DNA of 61,168 bases, from positions 1-61,168 of IMG/VR virus record IMGVR_UViG_3300031658_000006. One strand, 5' to 3'. The stretch is from a virus (lineage: Duplodnaviria; Caudoviricetes). Below, one piece after another: positions 8,576-15,710 of the stretch. The position numbers and the translations under genes are program-made. Numbering within the stretch: position 1 is the first letter of the stretch; each line of letters begins with the position of its first letter. The notes under the pieces are model-generated. The model saw only the letters and a list, made by a program, of their open reading frames with translations. It was not told the origin of the DNA and did not search any database.

Positions 8576-10197
8576 GACGCCTCGTATGAACGAGCCATCG
8601 TCACAATAGCATTGGTACTTAATATAGTCGCCGCTACAGAGACAGCATTTTGAAGCGCCACCTTAGTTACTTTCATAGGGTCTATAATCCCCATCTCTAT
8701 CATGTCACCGTACAGACGCTTCTTTACGTCGAACCCGTACCCCTCGCGCGTCACTAAAGGCATACCCTTCTCATAGATATCCTCGAAATTCACACCCGCG
8801 TTAGTAAGGATTTGTTTTAAAGGGGAGGCCAACGACTGCGAAAGTATAGCCGCCGCCGCACGCTCACTGTCAGAAGGGTACTCATCGTTAGATACCCTCA
8901 TGTCAAGTAAGTTGTGCTCGTTATATAGAGCTACACCGCCGCCAGGTAGGATACCCTCCTGTAACGCAGAACGTACCGCACAGACAGCGTCGTCAACACG
9001 GTCGAACAGCTCCTTCTGCTCCAGGTCAGTATTCCCGCCCACTTTAATCGTACCGATACCACCCGTTAGGCTGGCGATACGCGATAAGAGAAAGTCTTTG
9101 TCGCCCTTACGTGTCGCTAACTTATGTGCGTCACGTAGCTCGTCAACCCTAGCCGCTACCTGCTGCGCATTGTCAGCTTTACCCTTTACAATTACAGTCT
9201 GGTCGCGGCTCACCACCACACGCTGGGCGTGACCTAGGTCCTCAAACTGGATGATACTTAAGTCGTCACCCGTCTTCTCACTGAAATAGGTGGCCCCTAC
9301 AGATACCGATATGTCCTGCATCAGCTCATGGGTACGGTAACCAAAACTAGGAGGAGGGACAGCGCATAACTTCAAAGCGTTACGCATCACATTAGCCGAT
9401 AACGTGTTGACTACGTTAGTAGAGCACGGAGCAATTATAAGAAGTCGCTTGCCGTCAGCGATAATAGGCTTGAGGATATTCTCAATAGTGAGAAGATTTA
9501 TAATCTCAGCGTCAGATACCAAGACATAGCAGTCGTCTAAAATACACTCGTCACGCTTCTGGTTGTTTACAAATAAAGGGGACATATAACCGCGCTCTAC
9601 CTTTACCCCACGAGTGGTCTCGTACGTAGTCTCTACAGTGTCGCTGTTCTCAACCGTAACCACGCCGTTCTTACCCAAGTCCTTATACACGTCAGCAATT
9701 ATCTTGCCTATAAAACGGTCGTTATTAGAAGATACCGACGCTACCTCGATAAAGTTCTTCTTCGTAAGGGGACGTGAACGTTTCTTTAAAGACGAAACCA
9801 CGTCGTCAGTTAAACTTACTAGATGACGAAGTACCTCAGTCTTATTCAACTCAGGATATAAACTGAACATATCGTAAGCCGAACGTATCAAAGCCTCCGT
9901 TAATACAATAGATGTAGTAGTCCCGTCGCCAGCCTCTGTAGCCGTACGGTCAGCCGCCTCACGCATCATACGTACAGCTAAATTCTCTACAGGGTCCAGT
10001 AAGTCAATAGCCTTAGCTACCGTGACGCCGTCCTTAGTTACCGTAATGCCGTGGGTGTGGTTCGGTGATTCAATTAATACAGTATGACCGCTAGGCCCTA
10101 ACGTACTCTTTACCGCGTTAGACATCTTAGTGATGCCCTCAATTAATTTGGAACGACCCTCGTCGTCAAACTTTAAGTCCTTAGGTGTATAGTCCAT
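8572..10197 (-). CDS. groEL: Chaperonin GroEL
   Basis: TLGPSG, TKDGVTVAK, AGDGTTT, DRVDDAVCA, GILPGGG, GIIDP.KV..ALQNA.S. Confidence 0.97.
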   Translation of the reverse strand: MDYTPKDLKFDDEGRSKLIEGITKMSNAVKSTLGPSGHTVLIESPNHTHGITVTKDGVTVAKAIDLLDPVENLAVRMMREAADRTATEAGDGTTTSIVLTEALIRSAYDMFSLYPELNKTEVLRHLVSLTDDVVSSLKKRSRPLTKKNFIEVASVSSNNDRFIGKIIADVYKDLGKNGVVTVENSDTVETTYETTRGVKVERGYMSPLFVNNQKRDECILDDCYVLVSDAEIINLLTIENILKPIIADGKRLLIIAPCSTNVVNTLSANVMRNALKLCAVPPPSFGYRTHELMQDISVSVGATYFSEKTGDDLSIIQFEDLGHAQRVVVSRDQTVIVKGKADNAQQVAARVDELRDAHKLATRKGDKDFLLSRIASLTGGIGTIKVGGNTDLEQKELFDRVDDAVCAVRSALQEGILPGGGVALYNEHNLLDMRVSNDEYPSDSERAAAAILSQSLASPLKQILTNAGVNFEDIYEKGMPLVTREGYGFDVKKRLYGDMIEMGIIDPMKVTKVALQNAVSVAATILSTNAIVTMARSYEAS

Positions 10198-10214
10198 TTG
10201 ATTTAATTTAAATC

Positions 10215-10222
10215 CAAAGATA
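10215..10222 (-). promoter_or_regulatory. TAnnTTTG -7 promoter element for the groEL operon
   Basis: TATCTTTG on the minus strand ~18 nt upstream of the groEL ATG. Confidence 0.6.
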
Positions 10223-10228
10223 TGACGC

Positions 10229-10400
10229 TATGTCGAAAAGCAAGGCCCCACATAGAGACAGAGAGAATTATCTATATATTTTTTTTCCACGTACGGGTAG
10301 AGAAAAAAACGACATTATCGACACTACCATTAAGAATCAATTAGTTAGCTAGCATATAACGACACATAAATCGACACAGCTGTGTCGTTTTTCGACACAA
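10229..10400. repeat. CGACA-rich non-coding element, copy 1 (candidate origin/operator)
   Basis: Shares TGTCGAAAA, GTAYGGGT..AAAAAACGACATTATCGACACT and AACGACA..TAAATCGACAC with 19008-19177. Confidence 0.75.
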
Positions 10401-10403
10401 AAA

Positions 10404-10422
10404 GGGGGACCACCGTCCCCCC
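10404..10422. repeat. GGGGGAC-N4-GTCCCCC palindrome (loop CACC); probable minus-strand terminator
   Basis: Direct sequence; followed by TTTTT on the minus strand. Confidence 0.85.
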
Positions 10423-10447
10423 TTCATATCAACACACAAAATTCAAA

Positions 10448-10591
10448 TCACTTTACCTTCTTTAAGTTGGGATTCTTACGCTTAGCTTTTGCCGAAGCTC
10501 CACGTGTTGATGCCGCTAAAATAGCCCCAGCAGCTTTTTTAGATACCCCACTCTTCTTGGCAATCTTTGCCTGTACTTTCTTAAACCCCAT
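10448..10591 (-). CDS. Small basic protein (47 aa, not in ORF track)
   Basis: MGFKKVQAKIAKKSGVSKKAAGAILAASTRGASAKAKRKNPNLKKVK. Confidence 0.7.
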   Translation of the reverse strand: MGFKKVQAKIAKKSGVSKKAAGAILAASTRGASAKAKRKNPNLKKVK

Positions 10592-10592
10592 C

Positions 10593-10766
10593 TTACATTC
10601 CCATCATCTTGCCCTTCATGTCGCCCAAAGCGACACCGTCAGCAATCATACTAATCTTCTCAGCACGAACTACCATCTTGCGTAAACGTGCCATCTCAGC
10701 AATTCCTGTCTCTCCAACTGGGCGGTCATTAATTAAACGTCCGTCCTTAATGCGTAATTGGTCCAT
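10593..10766 (-). CDS. Hypothetical protein
   Basis: MDQLRIKDGRLINDRP...; start reassigned to ATG 10766. Confidence 0.6.
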   Translation of the reverse strand: MDQLRIKDGRLINDRPVGETGIAEMARLRKMVVRAEKISMIADGVALGDMKGKMMGM

Positions 10767-10799
10767 GGTTTTTTTTGCAATATACAAAATCCCGTGAGA

Positions 10800-11140
10800 T
10801 GCACAGAGTGTTTGGGTAATATAGCGTTATACGCGCGACACCCTCGATTCCAAACCGACTTTTTTTAGGCACCCCCCCTCCTGAATCCACCGTCATCGCT
10901 CCACTTTTTTGCCGTTTTTCTACAGCCCCCGCCCCCGTAGGGCTGCAGGGCCGCTGCCCCGCGCTCCGCCCGTCCTCCGCTTTCGGATGCTCAAGGGGGG
11001 ACCACCGTCCCCCTTACCCCCTCGCTAGAACTCCTACCCAGAAATAAAGGCAGAGGCACCCCCCTCTACAGGCCGCGTCTACCTAGGGCTGTAGGAGGGG
11101 CATAAGATTTCCACGATTTCTGTAGGATGCAAAAGAAAGT
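10800..11140. other. GC-rich non-coding divergence region, candidate physical genome end / packaging region
   Basis: No long ORF; strand switch from late to early genes; repeated AGGCACCCCCC(C)TC (10867, 11054) and TAGGGCTG motifs. Confidence 0.4.
10995..11013. repeat. GGGGGGAC-N4-GTCCCCC palindrome (loop CACC)
   Basis: Direct sequence. Confidence 0.85.
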
Positions 11141-11146
11141 ATACAC

Positions 11147-11154
11147 TATCTTTG
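11147..11154 (+). promoter_or_regulatory. TAnnTTTG -7 element, first early promoter
   Basis: TATCTTTG ~45 nt upstream of ATG 11199. Confidence 0.65.
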
Positions 11155-11198
11155 TCGAAACAAAACACAAACGACCAACAGGTCAAACATTAACTGCC

Positions 11199-11894
11199 AT
11201 GCAGAAATTATCTAAGAAGGTCACTACCGCCGCAAGTGTAGAGAAGGTCACATTGACAAGCATCCTAAACGAAGTAAAATTCGCAGACGGTTCCGGTGTA
11301 TCAGACGTGAGAACGACCTTGACGAAGGTCAAGCAATCCAAGGCTGAGGCGTTCAGTGCTGAGCTTGCAAACGCACGAGTCCTACTAAGCTTCCGAGAGC
11401 ATTACAACTGCCCGCTTGGAGAACTGAAGGAAGCGTTAGAGAATTCGTTTGGAGAGGTTATCAGCCTGAGTGAGTGCTACAAGAACCTTGGCTTTGGTGC
11501 TAAGGGATGCACAGCGAAGGAGGCTGCAAACCACGCAGGAAAGGTCATTGGAGTTGCGAGTGCTGAGCGTGAATACGCTGACAAGAACAACATGACGTTG
11601 TTGGCTGTCGAGAAGAAGTTCAACAAAGCAAATCCTGACGTGTTTGGAACACGTCGCTACAAGGATTGGTGTCTCGGTAAGGCAGCGAAGAAAGACGGTA
11701 GCAAGGCTGTTGCATTCGAGACCCTGACCTGTGAGGAGAGTGGAATGAAATGGGTTGAGAAGATGCTGAAGCGGGCGCAGGACCCAAGCAACGATTTGAC
11801 GCTGACTGAGCTGAACCGAGTGCTTGCGCATATGGCTAGAACGGCTGCTTTGGCTGAGACGGAGCAGGCTGTTGCTGAGGCTTTGCAAGCCTAA
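11199..11894 (+). CDS. First early gene, hypothetical helical protein
   Basis: Long ORF; start reassigned to ATG 11199 because the promoter lies inside the longer ORF call. Confidence 0.75.
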   Translation: MQKLSKKVTTAASVEKVTLTSILNEVKFADGSGVSDVRTTLTKVKQSKAEAFSAELANARVLLSFREHYNCPLGELKEALENSFGEVISLSECYKNLGFGAKGCTAKEAANHAGKVIGVASAEREYADKNNMTLLAVEKKFNKANPDVFGTRRYKDWCLGKAAKKDGSKAVAFETLTCEESGMKWVEKMLKRAQDPSNDLTLTELNRVLAHMARTAALAETEQAVAEALQA

Positions 11895-11901
11895 CGGCAA
11901 C

Positions 11902-11922
11902 GGGGGGGACAGCGGTCCCCCC
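11902..11922. repeat. Palindrome copy (loop AGCG) abutting hammerhead 1
   Basis: GGGGGGGAC AGCG GTCCCCCC. Confidence 0.9.
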
Positions 11923-11976
11923 TCCGTCCACAGCTGTGTAGCTGTGCTGATGATGACTCAAAAGAGTCGAAACGGA
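11923..11976 (+). ncRNA. Type III hammerhead ribozyme 1 (predicted cleavage after C11928)
   Basis: Stem III TCCGT/ACGGA, GTC triplet, stem I CACAGC-TGTGTA-GCTGTG, CTGATGA core plus one extra T, stem II GACTC-AAAA-GAGTC, GAAA. Confidence 0.9.
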
Positions 11977-11998
11977 AATCTAACTTAATACTTTAGCT

Positions 11999-12373
11999 AT
12001 GGACAGCAACAAGAAAAGTCTAACTGAACTCTTAGCCACATGGGACAAGCTCCATGTGGTAGGCATAACTCCTGGAGAGGTCAACTCCATCATGACCGAG
12101 ACGGTGATGGGTGACTCCATCGTCAAGGTTGCCATTGAGTTCCAACATCGGAACTCTCCCGTCTCAGGGACGCACTCCATCCATGCCCGTCTCATAACGT
12201 ACGACTTCTATGGCAACAGGGTGACCGTGAGATTCAATGGCTCATGGGGATGCCATGACGAGGAGATACCACAGTTCATCAAGTGGTTCCATCTCAAGAA
12301 GTATGAAGCAAGGGATAAGGACGAAGCGCGAGCGAACGCAACATCGGGATTGGTAGGCAACTTCCTCGCATAG
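11999..12373 (+). CDS. Hypothetical early protein flanked by two hammerhead ribozymes
   Basis: 124 aa ORF with an AT-rich leader. Confidence 0.8.
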   Translation: MDSNKKSLTELLATWDKLHVVGITPGEVNSIMTETVMGDSIVKVAIEFQHRNSPVSGTHSIHARLITYDFYGNRVTVRFNGSWGCHDEEIPQFIKWFHLKKYEARDKDEARANATSGLVGNFLA

Positions 12374-12377
12374 CATA

Positions 12378-12397
12378 GGGGGGGACAGCGGTCCCCC
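12378..12397. repeat. Palindrome copy (loop AGCG) abutting hammerhead 2
   Basis: GGGGGGGAC AGCG GTCCCCC. Confidence 0.9.
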
Positions 12398-12450
12398 TTC
12401 TGTCTCAGGCTGTGTAGCCTGACTGATGAGTCCAAAAGGACGAAACAGAA
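12398..12450 (+). ncRNA. Type III hammerhead ribozyme 2 (predicted cleavage after C12404)
   Basis: Stem III TTCTGT/ACAGAA, GTC triplet, stem I TCAGGC-TGTGTA-GCCTGA, CTGATGA, stem II GTCC-AAAA-GGAC, GAAA; fully canonical core. Confidence 0.95.
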
Positions 12451-12488
12451 TTCAAATCAAATGGGTGATGGCCTACATCAAAAGCACT

Positions 12489-12782
12489 ATGAGAGTTTCA
12501 AAAGGAATGGACGTTTTAAACGAGTTGATGGGCATGAAATCAGCGGACGAAATAATCCTCAATGACAGCGATATCATTGCGGTTGGATGGAACTACAATG
12601 CTTCGATTCACATCCACCTGAACAACACAACGGAGCGATGGTTCCGCATCATTCAGGACGAGTTGGAGGGTATATCTGAGATGCGTCGCAGACATCCCGT
12701 CAACCCTGAAAGCTTGAGTCTGACTCAGAACTTCGACTTCGTCTACAAAGGTTTTGACATCAACCTGACCTTCAGCGCATAA
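12489..12782 (+). CDS. Hypothetical early protein
   Basis: ORF-track start 12426 lies inside the ribozyme core; ATG 12489 (or 12468) is more plausible. Confidence 0.7.
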   Translation: MRVSKGMDVLNELMGMKSADEIILNDSDIIAVGWNYNASIHIHLNNTTERWFRIIQDELEGISEMRRRHPVNPESLSLTQNFDFVYKGFDINLTFSA

Positions 12783-12789
12783 TCCTCAT

Positions 12790-12809
12790 GGGGGGACAGC
12801 CGTCCCCCC
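12790..12809. repeat. Palindrome copy (loop AGCC), possible weak terminator
   Basis: Followed by TTTT on +. Confidence 0.85.
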
Positions 12810-12825
12810 TTTTAACTCCCCTATC

Positions 12826-12909
12826 ATGAAGTATTTATTTCAGTTTTTTACAACCATCGGTATGGTGGTGACCTTCCTACTCTTCATTGCAATTGCTTGC
12901 GCACTATGA
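12826..12909 (+). CDS. Small membrane peptide (27 aa)
   Basis: MKYLFQFFTTIGMVVTFLLFIAIACAL; ATGA-coupled to the next ORF. Confidence 0.5.
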   Translation: MKYLFQFFTTIGMVVTFLLFIAIACAL

Positions 12910-13052
12910 ACTGCACAATATCATTTTACACTGGCACCCGCTCATGGTGGGTGACCAAGGACTTCAAAGACCGAAGTCACGTTGACAATTTCATTGCCTA
13001 TATCGAACGAACGAAAGGCTACAACCTAGACGAACTATTCATAAACGAATAG
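12906..13052 (+). CDS. Small hypothetical protein (48 aa)
   Basis: MNCTISFYTGTRSWWVTKDFKDRSHVDNFIAYIERTKGYNLDELFINE. Confidence 0.6.
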   Translation: MNCTISFYTGTRSWWVTKDFKDRSHVDNFIAYIERTKGYNLDELFINE

Positions 13053-13056
13053 TGTA

Positions 13057-13124
13057 TTGTTAACAACTTGTTAATAACTTATTGATACATACCATTGTTA
13101 TATACAATGTTTGTCGTATCTTTG
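13057..13124 (+). promoter_or_regulatory. Early promoter with three 11-bp tandem TTGTTAAYAAC-like boxes
   Basis: Boxes at 13058, 13069 and 13080 (degenerate); TATCTTTG at 13117-13124. Confidence 0.6.
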
Positions 13125-13149
13125 TAAAAAGAATCTAATACTAGTAAAC

Positions 13150-13190
13150 AAATCACGGGGGGGACAGACGTCCCCCACACAAATCAAATC
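13150..13190 (+). repeat. AAATCAC-palindrome-AYAYAAATCAAAT leader cassette, copy 1
   Basis: Near-identical to 13599-13638 and 16762-16801; each directly precedes an ATG. Confidence 0.85.
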
Positions 13191-13193
13191 AAG

Positions 13194-13595
13194 ATGAAAG
13201 TAACAATTGAAGTGCCTGAGTCGCATATGTTGAATATGCTTTGCAACGCGATGTACAGCAATGAGTACCTCGAAATCGTTGACGGTGAAGGAGGTAAGGT
13301 CACCGAGTGGGTAAAGAAAACACCCAATGCTATGGAGGGATATGACCACGCTGAGTGTTGGGAGCCACGATTGTTTGCGTACTTAAAGTCTAACAAAGAC
13401 CACGCGTTCAAGTTCTTGGATACTTACAGCGACGATGAGGTACAGCTAACGTGGGAGAATATGTGCAGCGGTATGATGAAGATGTCCACTAACCAAGTGC
13501 AGCATATGTCTGACCTTCTAACGGGGCGTGACGATTCCATCACGGCTGACGTATGGCTCCAGTGTTCATTGTTCGATGACGTTATATACTGCTAA
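13194..13595 (+). CDS. Hypothetical early protein
   Basis: C-terminal DDSITADVWLQ..LFDDVIY motif common in phage early proteins. Confidence 0.8.
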   Translation: MKVTIEVPESHMLNMLCNAMYSNEYLEIVDGEGGKVTEWVKKTPNAMEGYDHAECWEPRLFAYLKSNKDHAFKFLDTYSDDEVQLTWENMCSGMMKMSTNQVQHMSDLLTGRDDSITADVWLQCSLFDDVIYC

Positions 13596-13598
13596 TAG

Positions 13599-13638
13599 AA
13601 ATCACGGGGGGACAGCCGTCCCCCCATATAAATCAAAT
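13599..13638 (+). repeat. Leader cassette copy 2 (palindrome 13606-13625)
   Basis: Direct sequence. Confidence 0.85.
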
Positions 13639-13642
13639 AAAA

Positions 13643-13792
13643 ATGGATAGTAGAACCTTTACTGCCGTAGCTGATTGGGCAGAGCGCATCCAAACGATGA
13701 CGCAAGAAAACAGACTTATTAACTCACAAGATATCGTACACGATGTGTTCGGTATGCTACGAGACGACGAACACTTTTTACCGCGACTATGA
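13643..13792 (+). CDS. Small hypothetical protein (49 aa; HD..G...FLPR motif)
   Basis: MDSRTFTAVADWAERIQ...IVHDVFGMLRDDEHFLPRL. Confidence 0.6.
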   Translation: MDSRTFTAVADWAERIQTMTQENRLINSQDIVHDVFGMLRDDEHFLPRL

Positions 13793-14112
13793 AGAACTAC
13801 TTCGACAACATCAAGAGATACCGCTCATTCAGCATCAAGTATCTACCCGCTACCAACTTCAGGGGTACGCGCATTTCTATTATAGACAACCGACTCGGTG
13901 AGCGAGTGACCATCCCGTACGACTATACGTATGACAAACCTTGGGAGATAGCGGTGACGTATCTGCTCAACCTACGACGACCCATACACATAGAGTCCAT
14001 TGGTATGTCCAACACAGATGAACACGTGTTGCTAACAACTGACTTCAGTACGCGCATCAAGCAAGACGAGAAGCTAGTGGCTAAGAATAAACTTAAATCA
14101 GTAGAGCAATGA
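13789..14112 (+). CDS. Hypothetical protein, paralog of 15112..15369
   Basis: KYLPATN.RGTRI.IID.R...VTIPYDY. Confidence 0.75.
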   Translation: MKNYFDNIKRYRSFSIKYLPATNFRGTRISIIDNRLGERVTIPYDYTYDKPWEIAVTYLLNLRRPIHIESIGMSNTDEHVLLTTDFSTRIKQDEKLVAKNKLKSVEQ

Positions 14113-14249
14113 GCAAGGAAATCAAAACCATCATAGACCTATACGCCAAGGAGGGGTACGTCATCAGCGTAGAGTATGCTGAGGCTATAAACAAAGCAGT
14201 CGAAGAAGCGCACATAAAGTGGGCTAAAAACAAAACACTGGAGCAATGA
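14109..14249 (+). CDS. Small hypothetical protein (46 aa)
   Basis: MSKEIKTIIDLYAKEGY...; ATGA overlaps on both sides. Confidence 0.55.
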   Translation: MSKEIKTIIDLYAKEGYVISVEYAEAINKAVEEAHIKWAKNKTLEQ

Positions 14250-14719
14250 ATCAGAATAAACTAATAGCCCAATTTATGGGGGTAGACATTGAGAAAACTT
14301 TACAATACCACAACTCGTGGGATTTGCTGATGCCCGTGGTAGAGAAATGTTTTAATGGTACTGCGGTACAAGTGGAGGACAACAAAGACAACTTCTTTGA
14401 CATCAAGAATAGCCTACCTAATATGGAAGCAACATACAAAGCGGTCGTAGAGTTTATCGAGGGATTAAGTGTCGAACCCGACACAAAAGCTATTGACGAA
14501 GCGTTCTTCGCGGGGTTCTGTCACGCGTTGGAGTATGTCAAGAGAGAGATAGAGAACGTAGATGACATCGAACACGAGGTGGATGATTACGTCGGTGACC
14601 TAAACTTGAGCGGTACAATTTCCATCCAAGCGTCTGAGTTCCTTGACGCAGATGGATTGGTGGATGAGGTGATGCGCAAGTACGAGCGTGACACCACTAA
14701 AGACGGGAGCAATGTATAA
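14246..14719 (+). CDS. Phage ABA-sandwich-like domain plus acidic C-terminal domain
   Basis: NKLIAQFMG...YHNSWDLLMPVVEK...TYKAVVEFI motif. Confidence 0.6.
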   Translation: MNQNKLIAQFMGVDIEKTLQYHNSWDLLMPVVEKCFNGTAVQVEDNKDNFFDIKNSLPNMEATYKAVVEFIEGLSVEPDTKAIDEAFFAGFCHALEYVKREIENVDDIEHEVDDYVGDLNLSGTISIQASEFLDADGLVDEVMRKYERDTTKDGSNV

Positions 14720-15110
14720 GGTACGATTCCATCTCGCACGAGGCGAGAACTTTATGAAGTGGCAAGTCACTCAACCCAATGGAGACAAGCGTTACTTAAA
14801 CCCTGAACACAATTCAATTGCTATGTTCGGATGTAAGCTACGGGTACAGCCCAGTACAGCGCAGAAGATACACGATGGAGCAAACAAAAGCGTGTGCGCA
14901 TGGATAGATTGTCACCATTTACAAGAGACCAACGACCCTATCCCGATGACTATCTTCGATACCCGTATCTCATTCAACCCTAAGAAAAGTGTTCATTGGA
15001 TGGCTGAGGAGGGGGGGACAGCCGTCCCCCTTGAGGTTCAAGCACGTGAGTTTATACCGCTCATTGTAACCAACGGCAGAGAACTATTTATAATTCCCAC
15101 ATACGACTAA
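14712..15110 (+). CDS. Conserved hypothetical phage protein
   Basis: MYKVRFHL.RG.NFMKWQV...A.KI..GANK.VCAW; start reassigned to ATG 14712. Confidence 0.75.
   Translation: MYKVRFHLARGENFMKWQVTQPNGDKRYLNPEHNSIAMFGCKLRVQPSTAQKIHDGANKSVCAWIDCHHLQETNDPIPMTIFDTRISFNPKKSVHWMAEEGGTAVPLEVQAREFIPLIVTNGRELFIIPTYD
15011..15030. repeat. Palindrome copy inside a coding sequence (reads GGTAVP)
   Basis: GGGGGGGAC AGCC GTCCCCC. Confidence 0.85.
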
Positions 15111-15111
15111 C

Positions 15112-15369
15112 ATGGAACAAGACTACCTCAACATCCCTAACAAGCGTGGCTTCAAAGTAAACATGACACGTGGTGCATCACCCAGTGTACGTATCATAGA
15201 CCTCATGCGTGATGATACAATCACCATCCCGTACAACTACGCACACAATAGCGCGATGGCTTGTGCTGTAGCATACCTCAATAGTATTCACATCATCATC
15301 GATGACGTAGTACACGCAGAGGGCTACTCAATAGCCGTGAGTTCTGACTATCAAATCCCAATCAAATGA
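15112..15369 (+). CDS. Hypothetical protein, paralog of 13789..14112
   Basis: VRIIDLMR..TITIPYNY...AVAYL. Confidence 0.7.
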   Translation: MEQDYLNIPNKRGFKVNMTRGASPSVRIIDLMRDDTITIPYNYAHNSAMACAVAYLNSIHIIIDDVVHAEGYSIAVSSDYQIPIK

Positions 15370-15454
15370 ACGACGACAAAGAGTTGGCTCAGTTTATTAT
15401 GCGTGTGATTTTCTTTGGCGCTGTCCTACTCATCGCCGCTATACAGCTATCATC

Positions 15455-15667
15455 ATGACAGACTTCGAACAAGAACACAAAGACCTAGTCAATGAGATGA
15501 CAAATAAAATAATGGATAGGGTAGTACGACCACACGTGAGTTGGGATAGCCAGACAGACAACGAAGCGTTAGAATCTATACGTCAGGGTATGCACGATAT
15601 CCTACACGAAATCTATTGTGAGGCGTTGGATGTTAATAAGGATGTTGACAAACCATTAGGATTGTAG
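15455..15667 (+). CDS. Hypothetical acidic protein
   Basis: ORF track; fits the early gene array. Confidence 0.6.
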   Translation: MTDFEQEHKDLVNEMTNKIMDRVVRPHVSWDSQTDNEALESIRQGMHDILHEIYCEALDVNKDVDKPLGL

Positions 15668-15687
15668 GAAGTTATGCACTACCTTTG
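15631..15687 (+). promoter_or_regulatory. Early/middle promoter with TGTTAATAA and TGTTGACAA boxes
   Basis: Boxes at 15631 and 15643; TACCTTTG at 15680-15687. Confidence 0.55.
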
Positions 15688-15710
15688 TTAAAATAATTAA
15701 ATCAAATCAA

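Noticed and set aside
12426-12488. ORF-track N-terminal extension MSPKGRN...
   Set aside because: The ATG is part of the ribozyme CTGATGA core; a downstream ATG with an A-rich leader is preferred.
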